Source: Heptranchias perlo (Eukaryota). From it: DNA of 64,000 nucleotides. Location of the stretch: positions 104,160,001-104,224,000 of the forward strand of contig NC_090330.1 in assembly GCF_035084215.1 (NCBI RefSeq), in the 5' to 3' direction. Below, piece after piece: positions 38,208 to 50,748 of the stretch (position 1 is its first letter; every line of letters begins with the position of its first letter). The notes under the pieces are model-generated. The model saw only the letters and a list, made by a program, of their open reading frames with translations, did no database searches and had not been told where the DNA came from. A program made the position numbers and the translations under genes.

Positions 38208-39401
38208 ATGGGGGGAGCGATGGCTGCATTCACCAGTACATTCGAGGACGAGCAACATCACCACCCTCTCCAGGCACGGCGTGCACTTCCGCCACTTGGA
38301 GCTCCACAACATAGTGCTGCGCCACAGGCACCTGCACAAGATCACAGAGCGGAACAACAGAGGGAGCGATGTCGCAGGAGGCACTACCCTCACCACAGGG
38401 TCCATAGACCGAGGCTCAGCTTCCTGGACCTCTCTGAGGAGCAGTGCACACAGATGCTGAGAGTGAGTCGTCAGGTGGTCGCGGATATCTGCACGCTCCT
38501 TCATGCAGAGCTGCTCCCGGCTGGGCCGAGTGGCATCTCATTACCCGTCGCTGTTAAAGTGACCACTGCCCTCAACTTCTTCGCCTCCGGATCATTCCAG
38601 GGTGCCACCAGTGACATCGCCGGGGTCTCTCAGTCATCTGAACACAAGTGCATAAGGCAGGTCACCAACGGTTTGTTTCGCAGGGCCTCGCAATAGGTCA
38701 ACTTCCCCATGGACGACCTCAGCCAGACGGAGAGGGCCGTGGGATTCCACTCTGTGACTGGCTTCCCACGTGTACAGGGTGCAATCGTTCACATGCATAT
38801 AGCAATCCGAGCACCTCCACACGAGCCAGGAATGTTCATCAACAGAAAAGGTTATCACTCCATCAACGCTCAGCTCGTTTGTAATCACTGCAAAAGATTT
38901 CTTCACGTGTGCGTCAGGTCACCTGGCAGCTGCCACGATTCGTTCATTCTGAGGGAATCCAACGTCCCAGACCTCTTCCACGCACCAAACAGCGTTAAGG
39001 GCTGGCTCCTTGGCAACAAGGGATAGCCCCTGCACACAAGGCTCATGATACCACTGAGGAACCCCTTCAGCGAGCAACAGCGTCGATACGACGACAGCCA
39101 CATCATCACCGGGTCTGTAATTGAACATGCGATAGGACTGCTGAAGGTGCGATTTCGGTGCCTCGGGGGAGCACCGGCGAGAGTGGGCCGCATTATCGTA
39201 GTGTGTTGTGTCCTGCACAAGGTGGCGCAACGGAGAGGGGTACCGGTTGATGAGGCTCCGTGCCCTCATCCACCATCCACATCTGCCATCCACATTGAGG
39301 AGGAGGAGCAGCAGCAGGAGGAGGAGGAGGAACCCATGGGTAGAGCTGCTCATGAGGCCAGGGAGTCAGATGTGAACGGTTCTCATAAGATCAGGGAGTG
39401 A
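38208..39401 (+). pseudogene. Harbinger (HARBI1-like) transposase, single frame with two premature TAGs
   Basis: ORFs 38208, 38709 and 39045 are in one frame; TAG at 38694 and 39024. Catalytic aspartates are altered (GAIV for GAID, LGNKG for LGDKG). IEHAIGLLKVRFRCL and VCCVLH are retained. Confidence 0.93.
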
Positions 39402-39704
39402 GAATAGTCCAGTCCTCACACCACCTGGAAAGAGCAGCGCGAACACCAGCCCAGCCCCCCACCCCGCACAAAACAGTCCTGCAACTACACATACACCCAC
39501 TGTAAAGTCACCCATTGGGTGGCATCAAGTGTCACTGTTCATTTAGATGCACATGAAAGGGCACTATCACAAAAGCCAGTCAAGAATGGGCAAGACGTGG
39601 CAGTAGTGGTGAGAATGGTAACATTTAATGTGACTTTAACAAACACCAAATATAAATGAAAAACATGACAGTCTGTCAGTCACCCTTGTGCATACCCTTC
39701 GTGA

Positions 39705-41639
39705 TCACAAAGCTTTAGCCTTTCTCTTCTTACTACTTCTGTGTGGTGCATCCCCTGTGGCTGCACAAGAGACAGTGGCAGGTTGCTCATGTCCATGGCC
39801 ACACTACTGAGATGCTTTCGGCCTACGCTCTCTAGGTTTTGGAGCCCGTGAGGGCCCCATCAAAGACTGCTCCACCTGCACCTGTGCAGGGGCAGACTCG
39901 GCCACCTGGAGAGGAGGCAGCATTGTGGGTACTGGTTGAGAGGGGGGCAATGGGTGAGACGTGGGAGCGCTTTGAGTGGCGTCCCCACTTCCATCATCCC
40001 TCCCCTGGACCCCAGGCCCACATCACTCCTACCACCCTGCTGGAGAACAGTTTGGAGGACATATATGATGCCTTGGAAGCCCAGTTGTAAAGTTTCTGTC
40101 TACCTGTTTAAGGCGGCAGAATGTTGTTCACCCTGAGTCCGCACGGCCGTTGTCAGGGCCTGAATGGACTCATTTGTGAGCTGTGCTTGAAGCTCAATGG
40201 AGGCTAGCCTTCTCTCCATCGCAGACATTCCTGCACTTACCTGCGACACTATCTCAGACATTTCCGCAGTTACGTGCGACACTATCTCAGACACTTGCTC
40301 ACATCCCTGTGACACTATCTCAGAGATTCCCTCACGTACCTTTGCCACCATTCCACTAATGTAAGAGTTGGACTCTTCCATTCTCTGCGCTATTGTGGAG
40401 AGTGTGTGTGGCACCTGTTCCAGTACCTTGCAAATGTGCTGCTGTCCCTCAATCATTCTCCTTTTAAAGGATGGCCCCTGGGGTTCAGCATCTGCATCCA
40501 TCTGAGCAGAGCCTGGAGAGGAGTGCGCCCACCGACGCGGACTCTCCACAACTGCCCCTGCCACCAGTGTCTGCTCGTGCTCACTTGTGTGTGGTGACTC
40601 ACCAGTTGCCAACCCAACTAACTGAGTACTCGGTCCCACCGAGGTGTGAGTATCTGCGATGGTGGATGGCTCACTAAGATGTGACGGAGTGCACTCAGAG
40701 GCCAGGAGCTCCTCTGAGGGATCACCCTGTACTGGCACTGCAGCCGATGAATGGCCTGTAAGAGAACAGAAAGCAACATTAAGCATCTTCACAGATATGT
40801 CATGTTGCAATGAACATACTGAGTTGTTCAACATGCCAAGCATTGTTAACATCAATTCATGTTGTGTGTGATAAATGTTAAAGTTGTGTCACCAGACGTT
40901 TGTCGGGTGCCAGTCTCAGCGTCCCCGAAAGACAGGCACTCGAGGGTGCGGCTGATCTTCAGCGCCTCCTCCTCCGTCTCTGTGAGGACCACTATTTGTT
41001 GTGGACCCCCTCCAGTCCTCACCCTCTCATGTGCATTTTGCACTCTCTTCTCCTAGAAGGGGAGAAAGTACAAACGTGTGAGTGAGTGATGGTGAAGTGG
41101 CCAATTGATGAATGCATTGCTTTGGGAGAGGCTGACCGTGAAAGAGGTGGATCAGAGGGTGAGTATGAAACAGAGCCATCACATTGGATGAGGATTGGGT
41201 TGAGCGGTAGTGGTGGGGTGACTAATGGGGAGGTGAAGAATTACTCAGGAAGTGAAGGTAAGTTGAGGATGAGCCTTAAGTGGGTGTGAGGAGTGATGTG
41301 ATGGAATAGTCTTGGCAGTGCAGAATGAGTTGGGGGGTGTGGGGGTGGTGGCAGGTGACGTGCGACACGGAATGCAGGAGAATCAGTAACTTTACTCACT
41401 TTTGCTGACCTAGTTAGGTCATTGAAACGCTTCCTGCACTGGACCCAAGCACGGGACATGTTGCTCCTGCTGGTGACCTCCTCTGCCACCTCGAGCCAGG
41501 CCTTCTTGGTGGCAGAGGCAGGGCACTTCCTCCTGTCGGCCGGGTAAAATAGTTTCCTCCTCCTCCTCACCCCGGCCAGTAGCAGCTGGAGTGAGGCATC
41601 GCTGAATCTTGGAGCAGCCTTGCCCCTGTGCTGCTCCAT
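39705..41639 (-). pseudogene. Harbinger Myb/SANT-like protein, 3 exons (41639-41400, 41052-40893, 40755-39705)
   Basis: MEQHRGKAAPRFSDASL..KKAWLEVA..WVQCRKRFNDLTRSAK; GT-AG introns in phase 0 and phase 1; premature TAG at 40100; C-terminus GDAPHRSSKKRKAKAL*. Confidence 0.9.
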
Positions 41640-41895
41640 TGGGTCTTCTTGCTCGTTGCTCCAGCAAAATCCATTAGAGCAATGTTCCTTTAAATCTAGA
41701 TGCTCCAGCTGACAGCCTGTCATGCGGCCGTGCAGTCCGCCCACTGTGCAGCTTTCGGACGGCAAACCCGGAAACAAGATTAATGGCCACCAATTAAGTC
41801 GCAATCGCAGGCGGAATGATAAGTTTTTATTATTCGTGTTTGCCACATGCCCTTTGAACCCCCCCCCCCACTGCCACCTTTTTAAAATCGTGCCC

Positions 41896-42318
41896 GTATT
41901 CTCTGGACTTTAGAAGAACGAGAGGTGACCTCATTGAAACGTATAAAATTCTTAGAGGGCTTGACGGGGTAAATGTGGAGAGGCTGTTTCCCCTGGCTGG
42001 AGAATCTAGAACTAGGGGACATAATCTCAAGATAAGGGATGGGCGATTTAGGACTGAGATGAGGAGGAATTTCTTCACTTAGAGGATGGTGAATCTTTGG
42101 AATTCTCTATCCCAGAGGGCTGTGAATGCTCAGTCGTTGAGTATATCCAAGACTGAGGTCGATAGATTTTTGGACTCTTGGGAATCAAGGGATATGGGGA
42201 TTGGACAGGAAATAGGAGTTGAGATCAAAGATCAGCCATGATCTTATTAAATGGCGGAGCAGGCTCGAGGGGCCGTATGGCCTACTCCTGCTCCTAATTT
42301 TTATCTATGTTCTTATGA
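41896..42318 (+). mobile_element. CR1 fragment, 3' part
   Basis: RGDLIETYKIL..TRGHNLKI..LWNSL, with 3'UTR ggcctactcctgctcc and tail. Confidence 0.92.
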
Positions 42319-42319
42319 T

Positions 42320-43030
42320 ACGGCTGCTCACGTTTGAACTGCATCTCCCCCATGTGGATGTGCTGGAAATGAGAGAAAGTCCTGTCACATGAATATCTTC
42401 TCACCTGTGTGGATGTGTTGGTTTTATTACCTACTTCTAACTTGAAGACTACAGTCAGATTTACATCACCGCGCCAAGAGCGACTCTGCTGTGAGGACTA
42501 TGGGGGAGAAAAAGGTCAAGTCTCTCACAACTTTTGCCCAATGTGGAAGCTGTCAGGTGGGAAGACCATCTGCCATATATCCAGATGGTCGGCACATCAT
42601 CACAACTAAAACTGATTATCAGCTTTGTTCAATGTTACAGAAGAAAGAAAAAAGAAAGAATGGCATTTATATTGCGTCTTTCATGACCTCAGGACATCCC
42701 AAAAGCGCTTTACAACCAACAAAGTACTGTAGACACTGGTGCAGCCAATTTGCGCTCAGCAAGGTCCCACAAACAGCAATGAGACAATCTGTTAGGTGTT
42801 GGTTGAGGGATAAATGGAAGCTATGGCTATGGGAGGCCACTTACTCCAGGAGCTGGAGAAATCTTGAACATGGGGCTGTGCAGATTGCTCTATGACTGTG
42901 TGAAGGCCTTGTCACACAACGAGCACTTGAGTAGTTACTCACACTGAAGAGTTTTCTCACCTAGGTGAATTCAACTCGTGGAAGGTCTGTTCATGATGAA
43001 CACTTGAAAAGTTTATCTTCACCATGAGGT
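42320..43030 (-). pseudogene. Decayed C2H2 zinc-finger array, proximal part
   Basis: Minus-strand words: KLFKCSS, IHLGEKTLQCE, KCSLCDKAFTQS, QHIHTGEK. Confidence 0.6.
42641..42815 (-). mobile_element. DeuSINE/L2-type 3' tail fragment
   Basis: Reverse complement of ttgtgggaccttgctg..aaattggctgc..gtaaagcgcttt..ggatgtcctgaggtcatgaaag..atataaatgc..tt(c)n. Confidence 0.75.
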
Positions 43031-43581
43031 TACTGGTACTGGGGGAACTTGAACAACTTTGTACCAGCCTCATGTGTTCAAAGTTACTCTGTCTCTTGGA
43101 GTGACTGAAGGTGCTGACTCACTGATGAATCTGCTGCCCTCTGATGCCTCTCACAAATGGTTCTTTTCACTTGTAAGATTAAAGCGCCAATATTGGCAAA
43201 GCATTCAATGCACTAAGCCGTAAACCCACTGTCCACTACATGGTGTCAAGTAAGTTTCTGAAAATGGGTTGAGCAGATGTTTCAGCACCGAATATGTTAT
43301 TAATATCACAGCTGCTTCATACAATAATTAGCAGAAATAGGTTATTAACAGAAACATCATTTTAAGTCACTCACCAGTAGCTCAGTTGGCAAAGCCTGCT
43401 GCCAGTGTACTACGGAGAAAAGCTGTAGTGTAGTACATAGCATTGCGTAGAATGTATGGCATAGAAACAGGCCGTTTGGCCCAACAGGGCCATGCCGGTG
43501 TTTATGCTCCACACTGGCTATGGTCATGGTGGAATTCTTGGGAGCTAGTGAAGTTCTTAAAATTAGGAGCAAGGAAACATA

Positions 43582-43729
43582 AGTCGGGAATTTCCTCAGA
43601 GCTGCTCCCGCTCCGCCATGGCAACGTCACCAGAATTGTGACAGAAACCGCGTTTATGTACGTTTTCCGCCGCACTTTCGCTGAAACGATGACGGCGCAG
43701 CGGGATCAGCTCCTCGGAAATTTGCGGCC
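43582..43729. mobile_element. Hairpin MITE with TSD ATA
   Basis: About 36-nt imperfect inverted ends (agtcgggaatttcctcagagctgctcccgctccgcc / ggcgcagcgggatcagctcctcggaaatttgcggcc), with ATA on both flanks. Confidence 0.8.
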
Positions 43730-43744
43730 ATAGTAAATATTCAA

Positions 43745-45090
43745 AAAAGGGCAACAAACCTGACTCGGGCGGAATACAAGCCTATCGGACTTAATCTGTG
43801 GAGCCTGTTCCAAGGAGCATGCTGGAAGAGTACCAGCATAGTAATAACCAACTAAGAAATAGCCTACAGGATTTGGAAGAGGACCTTCCAGCCTGACAAA
43901 CCTCCTTCAGTTCTTTGGGAATATTACTGGTCAAGTGGAACATGCCCCTATTAATTTATTTAGACTTTAAGAAAGCTTTTGACATCCCCACGAAGGACTT
44001 CTTATTAAGCAAAAAGCTATAAGAATTCAGGACAGAGTACAAGACTAGGTTGGTTAATAAATAGGAGATGGTACGTAAGGTGTAATGGTACACTGGGGGA
44101 GGTGTTGAGTAAAGTACATTGGGGATCAGTCTTTGAAACCCTGTTGTTTCCGATTGACACGAATGACCAAAACTAACTGTAAGTTGGTGACATTTACTGA
44201 TGATACTGAAATGCTAAAGCTCAATGTAGCTAAAGCCTTGCAGAGGATTCAGATCATTATACAATCGGGCAGACAAATGACAAAGTAAATTGAACACTGA
44301 TAAATGTAAGGAGCAATTCTACACTTTCAACAGGGAAATGCAGGTCAGGGAATCAGGGCTACGACACTCCTAGAGTTGACCCTTCCCCCTGAGACACGGC
44401 TTTGCCACTGAAAGCATTGCATTGCAGGACCCCTGTAGAGAATTGTATACAGCTTGTAAAAATGCGCATAAGTATATAATGAATGCAATTGAATTACCCT
44501 GAGGAGACTTAGAGAGGGACCTAAGATTTATAGCAGACACATTCATTTCCAATGTAGCAAAGCAATTAAAACACTTTTAGAATGATAGGATAAATAACTG
44601 GAACAGTAAAATGCAAATCTACAAAAGTTATACTAAGGCTTTAGAATGCACCAGCCAAATCACTTTTGGAATATTACGATAAGTTTTGGTCACCAAACAA
44701 AAAGATAGACATGTATTTGGAAAGGGTACAGAAAAGAGCACAAAACTGATTGGAGTGCAAATGGGAATAGCAGTGAGGAAGGATTGGACAATCTCAAGCT
44801 TTATGGTTTAGTGAGAAGTCAGTTAAGGAGATCTTAAAATGTTAAAGAGCACAGAGAAGTTGTGCCCACAATATCATTTCACAATAAACTGGAAAAACAT
44901 GATCAGAGGACATAAATTATAATTTATTCAAAGTGGTACATGTTTTGAATAGTCTGCCACACTGTACAGTAGGGACAACTATATTGAGGGTGTTTGAAAT
45001 ACAGTTGGATACAAAAATGGGAGATTTGTGGAGTATTGAAAGATGAGTTTTGATGGATTGAATGTTTTTTTCTAGGCCCTTATTTTTCGA
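43745..45090 (+). mobile_element. Old, heavily decayed CR1 RT region to 3' end
   Basis: Colinear KKG..YKPI.L, LTNLL.FF, YLDF.KAFD, GSV..P.LF, TFTDDT, LEYY..FWSP, LERVQKRA, RGH. Confidence 0.75.
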
Positions 45091-46596
45091 ACGTTAAATT
45101 GGTATTTTTAGTTCACTGACGGTACACATATACCACTGTGTTAAACTTAACTGCATGGCTAAAATACTGCTTAAAGTGTCCTGATCATCTAAATTACAAT
45201 TCTCTACTTCCTGGTAATTAGAACGCAATGTAACATTAAAAAGTCAGAGTGAGAAAGGCCGTTCGGCCCATGAGGCCCAGTCTATTAAAATCATAGCCGG
45301 GCAAGTAGGTTATCTCAGTAACAGTCTAACCACTGGCAACATGTTCAGTGCCTGTGCCAGAGCTGGTGGTTCAGCCAGTACTGGGATACAGGCTTGTGTA
45401 ACGGGAAAATTATTCAGTCAAATTATGAGTACATAAATGTTGTGGATTCCCACAATAGTAAGGCCTAAGGAGCTACCTCACCACTGTTGGTACATTGTTC
45501 TTTTAATGAGATGGTTGCACCTTGCCTTTAGCAGTTTAGCCCATGGCAGGGACAGTGAGCATTTTTTTTTCAGTGATGTGACATCTAATAGTTGACGCTA
45601 ACATATTTACAGAATAAAACTAGCTATTATTGTTTCTGTTCATCAATCAAATTATCCCCACGTCTCCCAGCCACTTTGCTGATCGTAGGCCACTTCTCTG
45701 GACTGGACTAGTGAACGAATATTAAATGCAATAGCTTAAAACAGAAGATTTCTGAAAGATATGCTTGGCTATATAATTGCGTCTTTTCTTGTATAGTTTT
45801 ACAAGATCTCTTCATCTTATTCTTTACCAATATAGTAACAAAATTTTGGAGGCATTGTCCATGTTGTAAAATGCTTTCCAAACTTTCTGACACTGTGATA
45901 CAATGTGTATAGAAATGTGCCATTGTATCATGAAGATACCACTGAAAGGATGGCTATTAACTAAATATGCATGTCCTTCCAGCAATCCAGGCAGTGCATC
46001 ATCAATGTCTGGATAATATAGTGCATAGAAAAATCAAGAAAATGCAAATAATAATATTAAATTTACAAAACTCTCCCAGGAGACTAGTTTTGTCTTTACA
46101 GTCTGACATCCATCATCAGTATCAAATAAATAATAGCTAGATACTGCAAATCTATAAATACAGAAATGTTGAGCAGACACAGCAAGTATTCATCACATCA
46201 CACAACTTCAAGAGTATTTTTTGGGTCACAACTTATTTCCAGCTCACAGATGTCTGTTTTTCTCAGAGCTGCTATGGGGATGGGGGGAGATTTTCATCTC
46301 GACATATTACTAATTTGTGCAGAAAGGACAATGAAACTAAAGCACTTTATTCCTCTACAGTGATAGAAATTCTGTATTTTTTAACTTCATTAGAAGGCAA
46401 TATTTATTTCACTATAGAAACAAAACAGAAAGAAGGTGAGATCCTCTTCCTGGATGTGTTTCTGATCTGAAATCCTGATGGGATCTTTCTTTGTAGCTCA
46501 TTACAGAAAGCACTCCCACATGGACCATACCCTCTAGTCCTCCTCTGGTCAAGATATTAAGCATAAAATGTCCTCCACCCGAGGGCTGAATACATT

Positions 46597-48647
46597 GGGC
46601 TCGATTTTAGGGTCGGGTTTCCTGCGGGTTTCCAGCGGGGGGGCCCCGAAAATCCCGATATGAGGTCACGTGACCGGATCGCGCCGCGATCCCGACCACT
46701 TCCGGGTTCCCCGATAACGTGCGGGGCTGCGTGCGTGGCCCCCGCTGGTGGGAATCCCGCAGGCAATTAAAGCCAGCGGGGTTCCACTTGAGAGTACTTA
46801 CCTTGTTTGTTGAGGTCAGTTAATGAGCTGAATCAGCTGTCAAAAGAGGAAGTGTGGGATTTCACCTGCATCGCAGCGTGTTTCCCACACTGGGGGAAAC
46901 AGTCTCTCTCCAACCAGGCGTGTTGCAGCCAGTAGCCTGTGGCAGGTGCCAAGGTGCACCCCATGGGGGAGAGCCCTCACCCACGCAGGAGGCCACCGCA
47001 TCACATAGGGCAACCCCTGCCCCCCACCACCCCTCGCCAAGCCAGAGGACAGACCGACACGAAATTGCAGCCCCAGTCCGAGGAACCACCCACCTACCCT
47101 GCACAACCCCTCAGACCAACAACGGCCAGATGGGTGGTGCGTGGACACCCTCGGAGGACGAACAGCATGACCAGCCCCAGCAGCCTCGCAGTCCACGCCG
47201 TCCGCCGCAGAGACGTGGAGCCCCCCAACACGGGGTTGTTGCACGCCCACCTGCACAGCAGGAGGGAGGGCTACCGCAGAGAGAGATGCATCGCAGAGGG
47301 CACTACCCTCGCCACATGGTCCACAGACCGAGGCGAAGCTCCCCGGACCTCTCCGAGCAGCAGTGCACACGGAGGTGCAGATTCGCTCGACATGTAGTCG
47401 TGGAGATCTGCAGGCTCTTTCATGCCGAGCTGCTCCTGCCTGGCCCCAGCAACAAGTGCTTACCTGTCGCTGCCAAAGTCACCACTGCCCTCCACAACTC
47501 CTCCTCCGCATCCTTCCAGGGTGCAGCCGGCTACACTGCCGATGTCTCTCAGTGGTCTGCACGGAAGAGCCCTGCAAATACACCTGCACCTACTCTGCAG
47601 TAACACGATGGGTGGCATCAGTGGTGGGTCCTCATAGTGATACGCAGGAGCGGGCATTATTGGACACAACAGACAGTATTCGCGGAGACATGGCAGTGGT
47701 GGTGCCAATATAATGTGTGCTGTTTGTTGCTCTGAAATTCAATATAGGTACCACCCATGGCAAACCCTCCGACACCCTTGTGCACCCCCTTCATGCTCAC
47801 GAAACATTTGCCTTACGCTGCCTACTGCACATATGTGATGCATGCCCTGTGGCTGCAGCACAGGTGGTGGCAGGTTGAGTGAGGCTGGCCATGAGGGAGA
47901 TGCACGAGAGGGTGAGTATGGGATAGAGCCATGAGATTGTATGAGGATTGGGTCGCGTGTTAGTGGCGGGGTGAGTACTGGCGAGGTGAGTAGGTGGAGG
48001 TAAGATGAGGATGGGGTGTGAGTGGGTATGAGGGGTGATGTGACAGAGTAGTGTTGGCGGTGCCGAAGGAGATGTGGGGTTGGGGCAGTGTTGTGGCAGA
48101 TGGAGTGTAGGGGAAAGACTTCGTGTTCTCACTGTGGCTGACCTACTGAGGTCATTGCAGCGCCTCCTGCACTGTATGCAGGTGGGCGATATGTTGGTTG
48201 CGCAGGTGACCCCCTCTGCCACCTCGAGCCAGGCCTTCTTGGTGGCAGAGGCTGGCCGCTTCCTCCCGCCCGCCGGGTGGAAGATCTCTGTCTTCACCCT
48301 CCTCCTCACCCCATCTGATGATACCTGGGGTGAGGCATCATTAAACTGGGAGCAGCCTTCCCCCTGGGCTGCTCCATGCTGAAATTTGTCCCATTGGTTG
48401 CAGCATCTGTCAGTGGAGGACTGCCCCTTTAACTAGAGAGCCTCCAGCTGACAGATCGTACTGCGCATGCGCAGCCCGCCCAACACGCAGACCAGCAGCG
48501 TGGACCCCGGAGGAGCAGGTAATTGATTCCTATTACTGTGTTGCCTGCTACAATCGCGCGGGCAACCCATTAATTTCACCGAGCGTGTTGATCACGCTCC
48601 CGAAGCCCAACCCGCCGGAAACCCTCAGGCCTGGTAACATCGAGCCC
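46597..48647. mobile_element. Harbinger family-B internal-deletion derivative
   Basis: TIRs gggctcgattttag / gtaacatcgagccc and perfect TSD ATT. Retains the transposase N-terminus (ATG 47130 to 47603) and Myb exon 1 (48377-48133); the DDE core is missing. Confidence 0.92.
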
Positions 48648-49007
48648 ATTTAGTCAACAGTCAACGACCACTAAAAGAAAAAGATCACATCTCCCAACCT
48701 AGAAAAGATTATAATTATGGGATGCTGGTATTGGGAAAGCTTCGCCCCTTAAACTCCCCCACACTTCTCAGGGATGCAGCCTTCGATTTCCAGGAAACTC
48801 TAACAAAATTATTCCTTGAACTATCCAGTGGGACGTTCAGTGATAACGTTTATTTATATTCACATGAGCACTGATGCTTCGCACTGTTCTGAGCACAATG
48901 GCATATAATTCATCGGCAGGATGTATAGATTAAGGACAGCAAATAAATGTTCATTAATTCACCTAAATGCATTTCAAGCACACTTTTGATAAAGAAAGGC
49001 AGGATTA

Positions 49008-49200
49008 GAAAGAAAGAACTTGCATTTATATAGCGCCTTTCACGATCTCAGGACGTCCCAAAGTGCTTTACACCCAATGATGTAATTTTGAAGTGTAATG
49101 TAAGAAACGTACCAGCCAATTTGCACACAGCAAGGTCCCACAAAGAGCAATGTGATAATGACCAGATAATCTGTTGTTTAGTGATGTTAGTTGATAAGGG
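49008..49200 (-). mobile_element. DeuSINE/L2-type 3' tail fragment
   Basis: Same family as 42641-42815, with (ttct)n tail. Confidence 0.8.
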
Positions 49201-50574
49201 AGCACTACAGACGAAACAACCTCATAGGCCCAGCTAGCGGTAAAAAGAAAACATTGTAAACCATTGCATTGCGCGATACTCAGTTGGTTTGTCTCTTTTG
49301 AAGTGATTCTCATGTGCACTCTGAGTTTCTTCACCATCGTAACAGATGTTATGTAAGTAGGTTCCTTCTGAGTCTGAAGTTGAGTAATACATATCTAAAT
49401 AAATATAATTAAAGAAGTAGACTATTACTCGTGGTTTGGTGGGAGCCACCTGTTTTCAGGCAGTATAGTATGCCCTTGATGTACATAACTGAAAATGTAA
49501 TTTTTGGTAGTCAAGTAGGGAGAAGGTGAACAACTTCTTAGAGGGACTGTATGTTTTTAATCTCTGATAATTCTGTAGGAATGGAGAGAGTTGCTGCTGT
49601 AGTCATTATTCGTCCATCTGATTTACCTTATGGAGTGGTTTGACTCACACCAAGAAGGTGAAACCACTAATTTCAAGATAAAAGCAGCCTCAAAAAAAAA
49701 ACGACCCCCAATTCAAAATTAATCTGAATGTTCCTCCCTAGTAAGTGGGTCTTTGTATTTTATTTAAATTAGAAGGCTCCCAATATCGCATCAGTTGCAA
49801 AATGTTTGTTCTGATATCCGTCCAGTAGAGTTTAAAATAAAGTCTCAGTTATGTATTACAAATCATTCCTGAATCTCAACAGTGATTCTGCAAGTAACAA
49901 TTGACAGCTGTTTAAGCCATTTGAATAATATTGGTTTTGAAGAATTGTACAAAAATGTTGACAGCTGAATGCCACAGAAGAAATGGGACACTTTTTTCTC
50001 AACAGAATTTGACTGGCTCAATCGTCAAAAGGTGACATGAAATCTTGGACAAAACCAATTGAATCTTAAAGGCAAGAACAGTGTTGAATAGATTGAGCAA
50101 GTTGTGATATGTTAAAATCCAAAACAGTAGGCAGTGTGAGGATGAATTTCCTCTATAGTTTAGAAATATTGCATGTGTTAAGTCCGTGTTATTGGCCAGT
50201 ATTTTTGAGTGTTAACGCTGGTACCTCTATCACAATGTAAAAAGGATAGCAGGTACATCTTTCTAACCACAATATTGTATTTAATTCCCATGTGCTGTGT
50301 GCTTACTCAGTGAAAAAGCAATAGTAAGGAGTTTACATTCACCAAATATATTAAATGGTTTTGCTGTACAGCGTAGTGAATATATATCAAAGAGGTGAGG
50401 GTTTTACTCCAAAGTTGTTCCAAGAGATAAATACCTCCACGCCAGTTTCACTTGTGAACATGCTACAAATTAGTAACAAATATGGATTTATACATAAGCA
50501 CATAAAGTATGAAATGAGAAAAAGCCACTGGATCCAAATGCAACTGTAATAATCTGATCTGTTGCTGGAATAAT

Positions 50575-50748
50575 AATAATAACTTTCAAAATGGACTTGG
50601 ATAAATACTTGAAGGGGAAAAATTTGCAGGGCTATGGGGAAAGAGCAAGGGAGTGGGACTAACTGGAAAGCTCTTGCAAAGAACCAGCACAGGCACGATG
50701 GGCTGAATGGCCTCCTTTTGTGCTGTATCGTTCTATGATTCTATTCTA
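50575..50748 (+). mobile_element. CR1 3' end
   Basis: TFKMDLDKYLKGKNLQGYGERA, with ttctatgattcta tail. Confidence 0.88.

Larger units (their letters stand above)
37702..41895. mobile_element. PIF/Harbinger DNA transposon, full length, family B
   Basis: TIRs gcgctcgattttaaa / tttaaaatcgtgccc, TSD ATA/GTA, convergent transposase (+) and Myb-like (-) genes; inserted into a CR1. Confidence 0.93.

Noticed and set aside
40245-40324. Regularly spaced short repeats resembling a CRISPR array
   Set aside because: Only three 14-bp cores at a 33-bp period inside a coding exon of a eukaryotic transposon, with no cas genes.
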